64,000 bases of DNA, from NCBI GenBank assembly GCA_947449005.1, contig CANFPP010000007.1:3195-67194 (forward strand), read 5' to 3'. The notes beneath the pieces are model-generated. The model made no database searches. It was not told the DNA's origin and saw nothing but the letters and a program-made list of their open reading frames with translations. How positions within the stretch are numbered: position 1 is the first letter of the stretch; each line of letters opens with the position of its first letter. This document shows positions 36,234 to 47,378 of the stretch, one piece after another. The DNA is from Holosporales bacterium. GTDB lineage: Bacteria > Pseudomonadota > Alphaproteobacteria > Paracaedibacterales > CANFPP01. Both the position numbers and the translations under genes were made by a program.

Positions 36234-36827
36234 CTAAGCTTTACCCCAGTTTCTAACTCGGCCCGTGTCGATGTGAACAAACTGGGAATAGCACCCAACG
36301 CCACCAGCTTTCAAGGATTGCGCTGCTCTTTGCAGCTGCTTTATTGTCCGATTTGGCAAATAAATATCAGCTGCTTTTCCTAAAGTATGCTGACTATTTT
36401 TAGCAACTCCACCACTTCCTTTTTCGCGTAAGCTATGGTTCGTCTTTAAAGATCGATAACCAGAAATCAGTTGAAACGGTTCATGTGTTTCCATTTTATG
36501 AGCGATTTGAGTTAATAAGTCCAAAAGACTTTTATCAATAGAATGTGTTTGATTTGTTCTATGATCACGGAACAAACGATTAATCAATCGTAAAGCTTCA
36601 GGATCGTACTGTCCTTGTGCCCAAAAAACACATTTTTTTAAAGATTCGCCAGTATGCGTATTTAAAAAACTTAATGAGCGTTCATTCAAGTTTTTCTTTT
36701 TAAGCGAGCTTCCTAACAGAGGTGTTGGCGCAAATATACCGCCAAGCGTCAAAAAAGCGGCTTTTCCTGATAAATCTAAGAAATGTCGTCGTGATATTTT
36801 TTCAAGGAGCATACTTTTTAAATTCAT
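36234..36827 (-). CDS. YcbK/MepK-like peptidase M15A (DUF882) with a Tat-type signal
   Basis: 197 aa. SRRHFLDLSGKAAFLTLG is a twin-arginine leader. Other motifs: SGYRS..TN, SQHTLGKAADI, HIDTG. Confidence 0.8.
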   Translation of the reverse strand: MNLKSMLLEKISRRHFLDLSGKAAFLTLGGIFAPTPLLGSSLKKKNLNERSLSFLNTHTGESLKKCVFWAQGQYDPEALRLINRLFRDHRTNQTHSIDKSLLDLLTQIAHKMETHEPFQLISGYRSLKTNHSLREKGSGGVAKNSQHTLGKAADIYLPNRTIKQLQRAAQSLKAGGVGCYSQFVHIDTGRVRNWGKA

Positions 36828-36893
36828 ATTTCAAGAAGATGGTGTACAGTTATTATACAGAATAATTTTAAATTACAGAAGTTATAAATAAAG

Positions 36894-37382
36894 ATGCCCA
36901 GAGATCCTTACCGTTTAAGTGTTGGTCTAATGATCGTTAACAACGACAAAAAGGTGTTTGTTGGTCAACGTTTATTCCACTCTTCTGCTCTACCAAAAAA
37001 CGATGAGGGTGCATGGCAAATGCCCCAGGGTGGAATCGATCACGGAGAAACCCCATCTCAAGCCGCCCTTAGAGAACTTATGGAAGAAGTTGGCTGCGAT
37101 AATGTAGAAATCATTTCTGAGGCAAAAAAATGGTATAGCTACGATTTACCAGAATATTCGAAAGATAAATCCTGGGGAAGACGCTTTAAAGGCCAAAGAC
37201 AAAAATGGTTTCTCCTGCAATTCCTGGGAAAAGATGAAGATATTAATATTCATACCGTAAAACCAGAATTTACGAGCTGGCGTTGGGTCGATTATTCAGA
37301 ACTAACGGGTCTAATTGTCCCTTTTAAACGTGAAGTATACGAAGATGTCGTCAAGGAATTTGAATGGTTTTTCACTGAATAA
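36894..37382 (+). CDS. rppH: RNA pyrophosphohydrolase (Nudix)
   Basis: 162 aa. It has WQMPQGGIDHGETPSQAALRELMEEVG (Nudix box GX5EX7REUXEEXGU). Confidence 0.88.
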   Translation: MPRDPYRLSVGLMIVNNDKKVFVGQRLFHSSALPKNDEGAWQMPQGGIDHGETPSQAALRELMEEVGCDNVEIISEAKKWYSYDLPEYSKDKSWGRRFKGQRQKWFLLQFLGKDEDINIHTVKPEFTSWRWVDYSELTGLIVPFKREVYEDVVKEFEWFFTE

Positions 37383-38380
37383 TGATCAAGACTCTCATTT
37401 TTTCAAACAATGGCCTTATTCCCCTAGAAGATTCAAGTAAAGGAACACATCCTTTATGGGTCGATATGACAGGTCTCTCTCACAAGACATTTCAAGATAT
37501 ACTTCATATTTTACAAAATGAAGACACATTAAAAGGGAATCATACATTCAATCCCGATGTCTTAAAAAAGATCTCTTTTTCAAAAAGCAAAGATTGGCAT
37601 GTTGATGAGAATGGTGCTGTTTACTTTAAACTCCTGATTATGAACCCAACAGCTCAAAATGGTTCTCATCAAAAAACAGAAACGCTTATCCTCATTATTT
37701 CAAGAACAGGCATTCTAACTCTTCGTGAGTCACACTCTGCCTTAATGACTGACTTTACCAATAACTCTCGTGAGAACCTTACAACAATTGCTGACATCAC
37801 TTTGGCCATTTTTAATCACTTAATCGATAGATCTTCTGGATTCCTAGAAAATGAATTAGGAATCGTTGACCACATTTGTGGCTCACTCTTTAGTCAAGAT
37901 AAACATAAAGATAGCAAGATTCTGCGCGATACCACAATCCACGTTGGGAAAACCGGTCAATTTACAATGAATATGCAGCAAAGCCTTGAGACGCTGCAGC
38001 GCTCTCTAGAGTTTTTAATTAACGATGACCGCGTCTCGAATATCATTAACGACGATTTTGATCATTTCCGCGAGAAAACCGAAATTCTATCAACCGAAAT
38101 TGATTCTCTGCAGAACATTGCAGGTTTTCTGATTCAAAATCTTGCGTACATGTCTGAAGCCGCAATTGGGTTAATCGGAATTAAACAAAACGACTTAACT
38201 CTCTTCCTATCAACCTTAGCTGCAATTTTGGCGCCACCAAGCCTCATCATCTCCCTATTCGGCCTTCATTTTGATGGAATGCCAAAGCTCAGCTGGACTT
38301 TTGGTGCTCCCCTGATGCTTACCTCTATGGTTCTAAGCTCCTTAATAACCTATGCCCTTCTCAAAAAAGGCAGATGTTAA
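37382..38380 (+). CDS. CorA-like divalent-cation transporter homologue lacking the GMN motif
   Basis: 332 aa with a long soluble N-domain and two C-terminal TM helices. LIISLFGLHFDGMP sits where CorA has YGMNFxxMP. Confidence 0.55.
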   Translation: MIKTLIFSNNGLIPLEDSSKGTHPLWVDMTGLSHKTFQDILHILQNEDTLKGNHTFNPDVLKKISFSKSKDWHVDENGAVYFKLLIMNPTAQNGSHQKTETLILIISRTGILTLRESHSALMTDFTNNSRENLTTIADITLAIFNHLIDRSSGFLENELGIVDHICGSLFSQDKHKDSKILRDTTIHVGKTGQFTMNMQQSLETLQRSLEFLINDDRVSNIINDDFDHFREKTEILSTEIDSLQNIAGFLIQNLAYMSEAAIGLIGIKQNDLTLFLSTLAAILAPPSLIISLFGLHFDGMPKLSWTFGAPLMLTSMVLSSLITYALLKKGRC

Positions 38381-38385
38381 AGCTA

Positions 38386-39195
38386 TTACCCCTCTTCATT
38401 ACCAACCCAAGAAGGACGGCGATTTGCCAAAAAGGCCTGTATCCCTTCTTGCCCATCTTTAGAGGCTCGCATAATTGAAATTCTGCGCGCAGTTTCATTG
38501 TGAACCATTTCATCAATCGGCCGTGATTCAACAAAACGAATCAACTCTTTTGCCGCTCTAAGTGACTCTGGACTACCTTTTAAAATATCATCAACAAGAG
38601 CTTCTGATGTTGCATCCAGCTCTCCCTCACCAACAACAAGATGAATTAAGCCTAAACGAAGAGCTTCCGTTGTTGTCATACGCTCAGCAGTTAGAATAAA
38701 ACGACGTGCCTGACGCTGCCCAATTGCATTCACAACATAAGGTGCGCTAACAGCAGGGATCAGCCCGCGTTTTACTTCAGGAAAACAAAAATAAGCATCC
38801 TCTACCGCGATAGCAATATCACAAGCTGCAACCAAACCAACGCCTGTTGCATAAACTGGACCTTGAACCAGTGCAATTGTCGGCTTTGGACAAGTATCAA
38901 TAGCTTCTAATAAGAGAGCTTGTTTCTTAGCATCGGCAAAATTCTGCTCTGGCGTATAGCTTGTTACTCGCTCCACCCAATTAATATCCGCACCTGCACA
39001 AAACAATTTACCGCGTGCAGCTAAAATGATCGCTCTGATATCTGGGTCTTTTCCAAAATTAACAAAATGAGTATAAAGCTCATCAATAACTTGATCATCT
39101 AATGCATTGTGAATTTGCGGGCGATTCAAAGTAATTCTTGCCACACCGCGAGATGAAATTTCACGAATTATAGTTTCAGTCATTTCTGTTTCCAT
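38386..39195 (-). CDS. Enoyl-CoA hydratase/isomerase (crotonase) family protein
   Basis: 269 aa. Motifs: RITLNRPQIHNAL, FCAGADI, the oxyanion-hole region GPVYATGVGL, and FCFPEVKRGLIP. Confidence 0.88.
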   Translation of the reverse strand: METEMTETIIREISSRGVARITLNRPQIHNALDDQVIDELYTHFVNFGKDPDIRAIILAARGKLFCAGADINWVERVTSYTPEQNFADAKKQALLLEAIDTCPKPTIALVQGPVYATGVGLVAACDIAIAVEDAYFCFPEVKRGLIPAVSAPYVVNAIGQRQARRFILTAERMTTTEALRLGLIHLVVGEGELDATSEALVDDILKGSPESLRAAKELIRFVESRPIDEMVHNETARRISIMRASKDGQEGIQAFLANRRPSWVGNEEG

Positions 39196-39328
39196 TTCAG
39201 AGAAGTATCAATCATTAATATCGCATGCTAACAAAACCCGAAGCAGAAACCGATGTCAAGCCAAGATGTCTTAAAGCCAAGCAATTCTTTGCTTCAATCA
39301 CGTGACAAGATACAGTAATGTTATCTTC

Positions 39329-40495
39329 ATGTTAATGAATCCTAAAGAAAAAATAGTCCATGTCATAACTGGCGTAGGGCAAGGCGGAGCAGAAACCGTA
39401 CTCCTGCGCCTCACCTCTGGACTAACTGACTTTGATCATTATGTTATTAGTCTCACCCCTATTGACTCCAATGGTCTTGGCCCGCTTTTTAACAAGCATA
39501 AAATTCCTCTTTTAAGCTTAGAGATGAATCCCCGAAATCCCTTCAGTCTTTTCAAGCTCTGGAAACTCAAAAAGATACTGCAGCAAGAAAAGCCGGCAAT
39601 CTTGCAAACATGGATGTATCATGCCAACCTCCTCGGCGGTGTTGCAGGACGTATGGCTGGCATTCCTCGGATTATTTGGAACATTCGAAATGGTGCCCTA
39701 GCTCCAGGTGGAGACATTGGTAAGCCGCTTGATCTTTCTACAAAAATTGGATGGGTTACAAAGATTGGCGCCTTAACCTCTCGGTTTCTTCCACATCAAA
39801 TCATTTCATGTTCAGCGCGTGCCGCTGAAATTCATAAAAAATGGGGATACGCAGAGACTAAATTTCATATCATTCACAACGGAATATCAATATCTGATTT
39901 TAAACCTGATAAACAGGCTCGGAAACAAACTCGAGATTCTCTTCAAATTGACACAAACACAAAAATCATTGGACTTATTGGCCGGTATCACCCCCAAAAA
40001 GATATCCCAACATTTTTAAAAACCGCTCAAATTCTTTGTAAAAATCGAGAAGATATTAAATTTATTCTTGTGGGAACAAACTTATCATCCACCAACAAAG
40101 AGTTAATGGCAGAAATCAAAAAATCAGGATTAGAGGAATCGGTACTCCTGCTAGGTAAACGCCAAGACATCTCAAATATTTTAAATGCTTTTGATGTTTT
40201 ATGCTCATCCTCATCTTTCGGTGAAGCTTTCCCGAATGTTGTGGCAGAAGCAATGTCTTGCGGCATTCCGTGCGTTGTAACAGACGTTGGAGATTCTGCA
40301 AATATTGTTGGTGATTTAGGAATTGTCGTTTCTCCCTCTTCCCCCGAACAAATGGCCACGGCTTGCCTAAAAATCTTAGCAAAGCCCCCCTCATCTAAGA
40401 AAACTCAAGAGAGAATAAACACTCATTTTTCTCTTGATAAAATGGTCGATAATTATAAAAAATTTTATTACGTTAGTGAAAATTTAAAAAAATAA
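39329..40495 (+). CDS. Glycosyltransferase family 4 (GT-B)
   Basis: Motifs: VITGVGQGGAE and the EX7E region GEAFPNVVAEAMSCGIPCVVTDVGD. The ORF opens at GTG 39302. Confidence 0.85.
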   Translation: MLMNPKEKIVHVITGVGQGGAETVLLRLTSGLTDFDHYVISLTPIDSNGLGPLFNKHKIPLLSLEMNPRNPFSLFKLWKLKKILQQEKPAILQTWMYHANLLGGVAGRMAGIPRIIWNIRNGALAPGGDIGKPLDLSTKIGWVTKIGALTSRFLPHQIISCSARAAEIHKKWGYAETKFHIIHNGISISDFKPDKQARKQTRDSLQIDTNTKIIGLIGRYHPQKDIPTFLKTAQILCKNREDIKFILVGTNLSSTNKELMAEIKKSGLEESVLLLGKRQDISNILNAFDVLCSSSSFGEAFPNVVAEAMSCGIPCVVTDVGDSANIVGDLGIVVSPSSPEQMATACLKILAKPPSSKKTQERINTHFSLDKMVDNYKKFYYVSENLKK

Positions 40496-40530
40496 TTGAC
40501 TTTTACGTTTTTTTATTTTATTCAACGCTC

Positions 40531-40576
40531 AGTGAATTTAAATCTTACTTAATTTTTACTTAAGTATAGTGAATTT
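40531..40576 (+). promoter_or_regulatory. Nested direct repeats A-B-B-A (AGTGAATTT ... TTACTTAA x2 ... AGTGAATTT) upstream of ORF 40598
   Basis: AGTGAATTT occurs at 40531-40539 and 40568-40576. TTACTTAA occurs at 40545-40552 and 40556-40563, with an 11-nt period. Confidence 0.3.
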
Positions 40577-40597
40577 TAATTTAAAAGAGCCGTTAAA

Positions 40598-41224
40598 ATG
40601 ATTAAGAAAATACTAGCAACGTTTGTGCTAATACCTATAAATTTTGTAGTTGCTAGTCAATACCTCCCTAGCGAATGGTGCATCGTTACTGGACATTTGC
40701 ACTCAATTACCCCGCATTATCACATGCTTACTGTGCGTTGTCAGGTAGAGCGAGAGATTGTATGCATTAATCCACCTTCTCACGCATTTTCTTATGTACA
40801 GAACGAGTATCTTGATAATGAACGGCCATCAAACCAAATTATTGTTCCTGGAGAAAAGAGAACATATTTGACGCCTGGAATTATTGACAAATTGCTAGGA
40901 TTTTTTGTGAAAATGAACCGTGAACCTAAAGCAATATCGTCATTTTTAGAAGATTTAAAAATAAGACATATAAGCTTACCAAGCTTTGACGCTTGGGATA
41001 AGGCTCTAGAAAGCATTATTCTAAGAAATGACTATAACACCATTATTGATCATATAGAAAATTTTGAGTATTTACCTGAAAAAGACAAAAATTCTCTATC
41101 ACAAAAAGCACTTACTCTACTTGAAAAACAAAGCACATCAGAATCCACATCAATGAATTCTCAACAAGATATAAAAACAAGATTTCCCGGGCTTTTTTCT
41201 CTGCCGAGAGAGAATTTTTTATAA
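40598..41224 (+). CDS. Hypothetical signal-peptide protein
   Basis: 208 aa. Leader MIKKILATFVLIPINFVVASQ. No recognised motif. Confidence 0.5.
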   Translation: MIKKILATFVLIPINFVVASQYLPSEWCIVTGHLHSITPHYHMLTVRCQVEREIVCINPPSHAFSYVQNEYLDNERPSNQIIVPGEKRTYLTPGIIDKLLGFFVKMNREPKAISSFLEDLKIRHISLPSFDAWDKALESIILRNDYNTIIDHIENFEYLPEKDKNSLSQKALTLLEKQSTSESTSMNSQQDIKTRFPGLFSLPRENFL

Positions 41225-41229
41225 AGATG

Positions 41230-44200
41230 TTACTTGAAAAGGATTCTTGAGAGATGAGCCTGCCAACCGCTCACCCAATCACTGCAACGTTCAAGACTTA
41301 AATAAATCACGGGCGTTGTATACAAGGTAATAACTTGACTCACCAGCAGCCCTCCAATAATAGCTATGCCTAGAGGTTGCCTAAGTTCTGCCCCAACACC
41401 TACTCCAAACGCAAGAGGAAGTGCACTTAACATTGCCGCCATCGTTGTCATCATGATAGGACGAAATCTTAAGAGGCATGCTTCAAAGATTGCGTCATAT
41501 GAACTTTTTCCCTGTGTTCTTTTAATATCTAAGGCAAAATCAATCATCATAATCGCATTCTTCTTAACAATTCCGATTAAAAGAAGAATTCCAATTAAAG
41601 AGATTATATTTAACTCATTTCCAGTTATAAGAAGGGCGAGTATAGCGCCCACTCCAGCAGAAGGCAGTGTTGATAAAATTGTAATGGGATGAATTATACT
41701 CTCATACAGAATACCAAGAACAATATAAACCGCTAGCAATGCTGCCAAAATAAGATACGGTTGGCTGGCTAATGATTCCTGAAATGCTTTGGCAGTCCCC
41801 TGGAATGAGCCTTTAATACTTCCAGCCGGCAGTTGCATCTCATCAATAATGTTTTTTACTGCAATCACAATATCTCCCAAAGCAAAGCCTGGCAAAAGAT
41901 TAAAAGAAAGTGTTGTAGCAGGAAATTGATTCTGATGATTAACAATTAACAAAGTTGAAGAAGGTGAAAATTTTGAAAAAGCAGATAAGGGAACTTGCTT
42001 CCCAGAAGATGAAGCTACATAAATATTATCCAGAGTTTCTGGTTGTTGCCAATATTTTTGGGCAACCGTCATAACAACATGATATTGGTTCATTGATGTA
42101 TACATAGTGGAGATCTGTCGTTGCCCAAAGGCACTATACAAAGTATTGTCTATCTGCTGGGGTGTAATTCTAAAACGCGATGCAGTATCACGATCAATTG
42201 TTATATAAACCTGCAAACCATGATCCAATTGATCACTATTAACATCAACTACGCCTGGTATTTTTGCAAATTTCGCCATAATACGAGGAACCCACTTATT
42301 GAGAGTTTCTGTATCATAGGCCGATAATGTATATTGAAACTGTGCACTGTTTTTTTTGCCTCCAATAACCAAATCTTGTGCTGATTTTAAATAAAGCGTT
42401 GCCCCTGAAACAACCGCTAGTTTTTTTCTTAATCTATTAAGAACAACTTCTGCAGAGACCTTACGCATTTCAAGGGGCTTTAAAGATATATAGACAGAAC
42501 CAGCATTACCAGATGAATTCATTCCACCGACATAACCTGTTACACTTTCAACTGCAGGATCTTTTTGAATGATGTTATCAAAGGCAGAAAGTTTATGTTT
42601 TAATGCCTGAAAAGATATATTTTGCTGCGCCTGAATTGACCCCATAATGCGCCCCGTATCTTGCTGCGGGAAAAATCCCTTTGAGATAAAAACATACAAA
42701 AAAATATTTAATCCAACCGTTGCCAACGTTACCAACAACATTAACCGTGAGTGATTCAAAGCCCAACGCAAACTACTTTTATAATGGGTTTTTAAGAAAT
42801 GAATAACACCAGAATCACAAACTGATTTTTTATTTTTTGTTTTCAGCAATTGCGCAGACATCATGGGTGTTACTGTCAGCGATACAACCATAGAAACAAG
42901 AATTGCAATTGTCATCGTCATGGCAAACTCACGAAATAATCGTCCGATAATACCATTCATCAGCAAGATTGGAATAAAAACAGCAACCAGAGAGATACTC
43001 ATAGATAATACTGTAAAACCAACCTCCATCGCGCCCTGCATTGCAGCCTTAATTGGCTTCATCCCTGCTTCAATGTGCCGAGAAATATTTTCAAGCACAA
43101 CCACAGCATCATCAACAACAAAACCCGTAACAATCGTAAGCGCCATCAAAGATAAATTATTGAGACTATACCCACAAAGACACATAATCCCAAAAGTTCC
43201 CAATAAAGAAAGAGGAACGACCACACTTGGAATAACAGCTGCTCGTATGTTTCCAAGAAACTTATAGATCACGAGAATAACAAGCACTATTGCTGCCAAA
43301 AGCGTAAACTCTACATCTCGCAAAGATGCCCGAATTGTCGCTGTTCTATCCATCGGCACAAACATATCAATCGCAGCAGGAATAGAAGCTTTAAGCTGTG
43401 GAATCAGACTATACACCCGATCAACTGTCTCAATGATATTCATTCCTGGCTGTTTGAATACGATAAGTAACACTGAAGGTTTCCCATTTGCTAAACCTGC
43501 ATTTTTAATATCCTCTACAGAATCCTCCACATCCCCTAAATCAGATAATTTGACAGCAGCTCCATTACGGTACGTAATAATTAGTGGTTTATATTGATAC
43601 GCTTTAAAAATTTGATCATTCGTCATAATCTCATAAGCATGCACCTCATCATTAATTTGCCCTTTAGGCTTATTCGTGTTTGTTGCTTTAAGTGCTGTAC
43701 CTACATCATTCAAACTTATTCCATATTTAGTAAGTATTGTTGGATTCAACTCAACCCGAACTGCTGGCAATGAGCTCCCCCCAACAATTACCTGACCAAC
43801 GCCATTAATTTGTGAAAGTTTTTGCTGGAGAATTGTTGAAGCAACATCATACATCTGCCCCTTAGAATAAATATCAGAGGTTAATGCAATAATCATAATC
43901 GGAGAATCAGCAGGATTTACAATGCGATACGTAGGATTATTTGGAAGATTGGAAGGCAACTGACTTCGCGCTGCGTTGATAGCCGCTTGCACATCACGTG
44001 CCGCCCCATTGATATCACGAGCTAAATCAAATTGAACCGTGATTTTTGTCATTCCCAGACTGCTTGATGATGTCATCTCAGTAATTCCAGAAATTCTCCC
44101 CAACTGACGTTCTAAAGGTGTTGCAACGGATGTTGCCATCACCTCAGGACTTCCTCCTGGCAAAGAAGCCTGTATACTAATTGTTGGAAACTCAACCTGC

Positions 44201-44313
44201 GGTAAAGGGGAAACAGGCATCGCATGAAAAGCTATTATGCCAGAGAGCGCAACTCCGAATGCTAGAAGCGTCGTTGCAATAGGCCTTTGAACGGAAGAAA
44301 GAATGAAATTCAT
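41230..44313 (-). CDS. mdtC: RND multidrug efflux permease, MdtC-like
   Basis: 1027 aa. The N-terminus [63 protein letters not shown] closely parallels E. coli MdtC as I recall it. Confidence 0.9.
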   Translation of the reverse strand: MNFILSSVQRPIATTLLAFGVALSGIIAFHAMPVSPLPQVEFPTISIQASLPGGSPEVMATSVATPLERQLGRISGITEMTSSSSLGMTKITVQFDLARDINGAARDVQAAINAARSQLPSNLPNNPTYRIVNPADSPIMIIALTSDIYSKGQMYDVASTILQQKLSQINGVGQVIVGGSSLPAVRVELNPTILTKYGISLNDVGTALKATNTNKPKGQINDEVHAYEIMTNDQIFKAYQYKPLIITYRNGAAVKLSDLGDVEDSVEDIKNAGLANGKPSVLLIVFKQPGMNIIETVDRVYSLIPQLKASIPAAIDMFVPMDRTATIRASLRDVEFTLLAAIVLVILVIYKFLGNIRAAVIPSVVVPLSLLGTFGIMCLCGYSLNNLSLMALTIVTGFVVDDAVVVLENISRHIEAGMKPIKAAMQGAMEVGFTVLSMSISLVAVFIPILLMNGIIGRLFREFAMTMTIAILVSMVVSLTVTPMMSAQLLKTKNKKSVCDSGVIHFLKTHYKSSLRWALNHSRLMLLVTLATVGLNIFLYVFISKGFFPQQDTGRIMGSIQAQQNISFQALKHKLSAFDNIIQKDPAVESVTGYVGGMNSSGNAGSVYISLKPLEMRKVSAEVVLNRLRKKLAVVSGATLYLKSAQDLVIGGKKNSAQFQYTLSAYDTETLNKWVPRIMAKFAKIPGVVDVNSDQLDHGLQVYITIDRDTASRFRITPQQIDNTLYSAFGQRQISTMYTSMNQYHVVMTVAQKYWQQPETLDNIYVASSSGKQVPLSAFSKFSPSSTLLIVNHQNQFPATTLSFNLLPGFALGDIVIAVKNIIDEMQLPAGSIKGSFQGTAKAFQESLASQPYLILAALLAVYIVLGILYESIIHPITILSTLPSAGVGAILALLITGNELNIISLIGILLLIGIVKKNAIMMIDFALDIKRTQGKSSYDAIFEACLLRFRPIMMTTMAAMLSALPLAFGVGVGAELRQPLGIAIIGGLLVSQVITLYTTPVIYLSLERCSDWVSGWQAHLSRILFK

Positions 44314-47300
44314 TTTACACGAAACATTCTTAGGTTTTTAGACATCTTATCAAATGTTAAATAAATGATAGGCGTTGTATAAAGTGTCAGTAATTGACTC
44401 ACAACGAGCCCACCAATTATTGAAAAACCTAAGGGTTGACGCAGTTCAGCACCAATTCCAGAACTAAAAGCAAGTGGAACAGCCCCAAAAACAGCTGTCA
44501 TTGTCGTCATTAAAATAGGCCTAAACCGCAAAAGACAAGCTTCATAAATCGCATCTCTTGGCGATTTTCTCTCTACCCTTTCAAGCTCAAGCGCAAAGTC
44601 AATCATCATGATTGCATTTTTCTTCACAATCCCAATTAAGAGAATTATGCCAATAAGCGCAATAACACCAAAATCCTTCCCCGTTATAAAGAGTACAAAA
44701 AGCGCTCCCATGCCTGCTGATGGCAAAGTTGAAAGAATTGTTATCGGATGAATATAGCTCTCATAAAGCACACCAAGAACAATATAAACAACGATAATTG
44801 CCGCAATAATCAACCACATTTCATTCGCCAAAGAGTTCTGAAAGATTTTAGCCTCACCCTCAAAACTTGTTTGAACACTTTCAGGAATTCCAATGTCTTC
44901 CTTTGCTTTATTTATCGCTAAAACTGCATCTCCAAGTGCTGCACCAGGCGCCAAATTAAAAGAGAGAGTAGAGACTGGAAACTGACCTTGGCGATTAATA
45001 ACCAAAGGACCAGATTTTTCTGTAACTTTGGAGAATGTTCGAAGAGGAATTGCCTTCTGTCCAATTGAAGAAGTGACATATATATTATCAAGGGCTTGTT
45101 GCATTTTCTGGATATCTTGAAAAATTTCCAAAATCACATGATATTGATTAATCTGGGTAAAGATGGTTAAAATCTGCCGCTGTCCAAAGGCACTATACAG
45201 AATATTATCAATTTGTTGCATTGTAATGCCAAGGCGCGACGCCGTATCGCGATCAATTTCAATAAACTTTTGAAGTCCGAAGTTTTGTTGATCACTGGCA
45301 ATATCTCTTAATTTTGGCTCCTCTTGAAGCTTTAAAATCAGAGCATTCGTCCACTTTTCAACCTCTAAACTATCAGGAGAACTCAAGCTATATTGATACT
45401 GAGTACGGCTAACTCTGTCATCTATGGTCAAATCTTGAATAGGCCGCATGTAAAGAGTAATTCCAGGAATTTTTTCTGTGCTTTCTTTAAGACGTTTAAT
45501 AACATCAATCGCTCCATCATCACGTTGTTCTAGGGACTTCAGATTGATAAGAAATCGGCCACTATTAAGCGTTATATTCGTACCATCAATCCCAATAAAC
45601 GAAGATAAACTTTCAACAGCTGGATCTTTTAAAATAATTTCTGCAAGTGCCTTTTGACGCTCACTCATTGCAGCGAATGAAATAGATTGAGGTGCTTCAG
45701 AAATTCCTTGTATAAGGCCTGTATCTTGAACAGGAAAGAATCCTTTTGGAATAATAAAAAACAACAACCCTGTTAAACCAAGAGTCATAAATGCGACAAC
45801 CAGCACTAACTTTTGATGCTCAAAAACTTTTAAAAGTGACCGTCCATAATACTTGATAAGTTTGTTTAGAAAATCATCTGAGACCTCTATTTTCTTTTGA
45901 TGTCGCAAGAATTTAGAACACAACATTGGTGTTAACGTTAAAGAAATAACACCTGAAAGAATGATAGAAATTGATAACGTAATCGCAAACTCACGAAATA
46001 AGCATCCAACAACATCTTCCATAAAAAGCAACGGGATCATCACCGCAATCAAAGAAACCGTTAATGAAATAATCGTAAATCCAACCTGCCTTGATCCTTT
46101 TAAAGCAGCTTGTAAAGGCGAATCTCCCTTTTCAATATAACGTGAAATATTTTCAACCATCACAATGGCATCATCCACAACAAAACCAGTCGCAATTGTC
46201 AGAGCCATAAGAGTTAAGTTATTAAGACTAAACCCCATAAGATACATTACAGAAAAAGTTCCAATTAAAGATAATGGAACAGCAATGCTTGGAATAATTG
46301 TTGCTGAAAAATTACGAAGAAACAGAAAAACGACAAGGATAACTAACGAAACTGCTATAAACAGATCAAGCTCCGCATCTTTCACAGAAGAGCGAATTGT
46401 TAAAGTTCTATCCGTCAAAAGCGATACGTGAATGTCACTCGGCAGAGAAGCACTAAGTTGCGGTAATAATGCCTTAATCTTATCAACTACCTTAATGACA
46501 TTCGCCCCAGGCTGACGTTGTATATTGATAATCACAGCCGGCGTTCCATTCACCCATGCTGCTTGTCGTATATCTTCCGCGTCATCATCAACCAAAGCAA
46601 TATCACTTAGACGAATCGGAGCACCTTTTTTATAAGAAATAACCAAAGTTTTAAAATCTTGACTCGATAAAAGCTGATCATTAGCATTAATCGCATAAGA
46701 TAAATCCTTTCCATCAAAACTACCTTTCGGTTGATTCGCAGAAGAAGCTGCAATAGCAAGTCTCACATCTTCAAGCGTTAATCCATACGACGCCAAAGCA
46801 TTTGAATTACACCTGATACGAATTGCTGGACGCTGCCCTCCGCTAATGCTTACAAGACCGACACCTGTGATTTGTGCAATTTTCTGAGAAAAACGTGTAT
46901 CCGCATAATCTTCAACTTTTGGCAAAGGAAGATTTTTAGAAGTAAGAGCTAATGTCAGGATTGGAGTATCAGCTGGATTTACCTTGTTATAGACAGGAGG
47001 GTTCGGCAGATCAGTTGGCAGATAGTTTGTCGCTGCATTAATCGCTGCTTGAACTTCTTGTTCAGCAACATCAAGACTCATATCAAGACCAAATTTAAGA
47101 GTAATCATCGAAGCACCGCTTGAACTGCTTGATGTCATTTGATTTAGACCTGTCATTTGTCCAAACTGTTTCTCTAAAGGAGCAGTAATAAGAGATGCCA
47201 TAACGTCAGGACTCGCGCCTGGATAAAAAGTAGAAACTCGTATTGTTGGATAATCAACCTCAGGCAATGCTGAAACTGGCAGCATTTTATAAGCTAGTGA

Positions 47301-47375
47301 TCCAACTAATAATAACGCTAGCATAAGAAGTGATGTCGCAATGGGCCTTTGAATAAATAGCCGAGACGGATTCAT
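44310..47375 (-). CDS. mdtB: RND multidrug efflux permease, MdtB-like
   Basis: 1021 aa. [57 protein letters not shown] parallels E. coli MdtB. It overlaps the next gene by 4 nt. Confidence 0.9.
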   Translation of the reverse strand: MNPSRLFIQRPIATSLLMLALLLVGSLAYKMLPVSALPEVDYPTIRVSTFYPGASPDVMASLITAPLEKQFGQMTGLNQMTSSSSSGASMITLKFGLDMSLDVAEQEVQAAINAATNYLPTDLPNPPVYNKVNPADTPILTLALTSKNLPLPKVEDYADTRFSQKIAQITGVGLVSISGGQRPAIRIRCNSNALASYGLTLEDVRLAIAASSANQPKGSFDGKDLSYAINANDQLLSSQDFKTLVISYKKGAPIRLSDIALVDDDAEDIRQAAWVNGTPAVIINIQRQPGANVIKVVDKIKALLPQLSASLPSDIHVSLLTDRTLTIRSSVKDAELDLFIAVSLVILVVFLFLRNFSATIIPSIAVPLSLIGTFSVMYLMGFSLNNLTLMALTIATGFVVDDAIVMVENISRYIEKGDSPLQAALKGSRQVGFTIISLTVSLIAVMIPLLFMEDVVGCLFREFAITLSISIILSGVISLTLTPMLCSKFLRHQKKIEVSDDFLNKLIKYYGRSLLKVFEHQKLVLVVAFMTLGLTGLLFFIIPKGFFPVQDTGLIQGISEAPQSISFAAMSERQKALAEIILKDPAVESLSSFIGIDGTNITLNSGRFLINLKSLEQRDDGAIDVIKRLKESTEKIPGITLYMRPIQDLTIDDRVSRTQYQYSLSSPDSLEVEKWTNALILKLQEEPKLRDIASDQQNFGLQKFIEIDRDTASRLGITMQQIDNILYSAFGQRQILTIFTQINQYHVILEIFQDIQKMQQALDNIYVTSSIGQKAIPLRTFSKVTEKSGPLVINRQGQFPVSTLSFNLAPGAALGDAVLAINKAKEDIGIPESVQTSFEGEAKIFQNSLANEMWLIIAAIIVVYIVLGVLYESYIHPITILSTLPSAGMGALFVLFITGKDFGVIALIGIILLIGIVKKNAIMMIDFALELERVERKSPRDAIYEACLLRFRPILMTTMTAVFGAVPLAFSSGIGAELRQPLGFSIIGGLVVSQLLTLYTTPIIYLTFDKMSKNLRMFRVK

Positions 47376-47378
47376 AAG

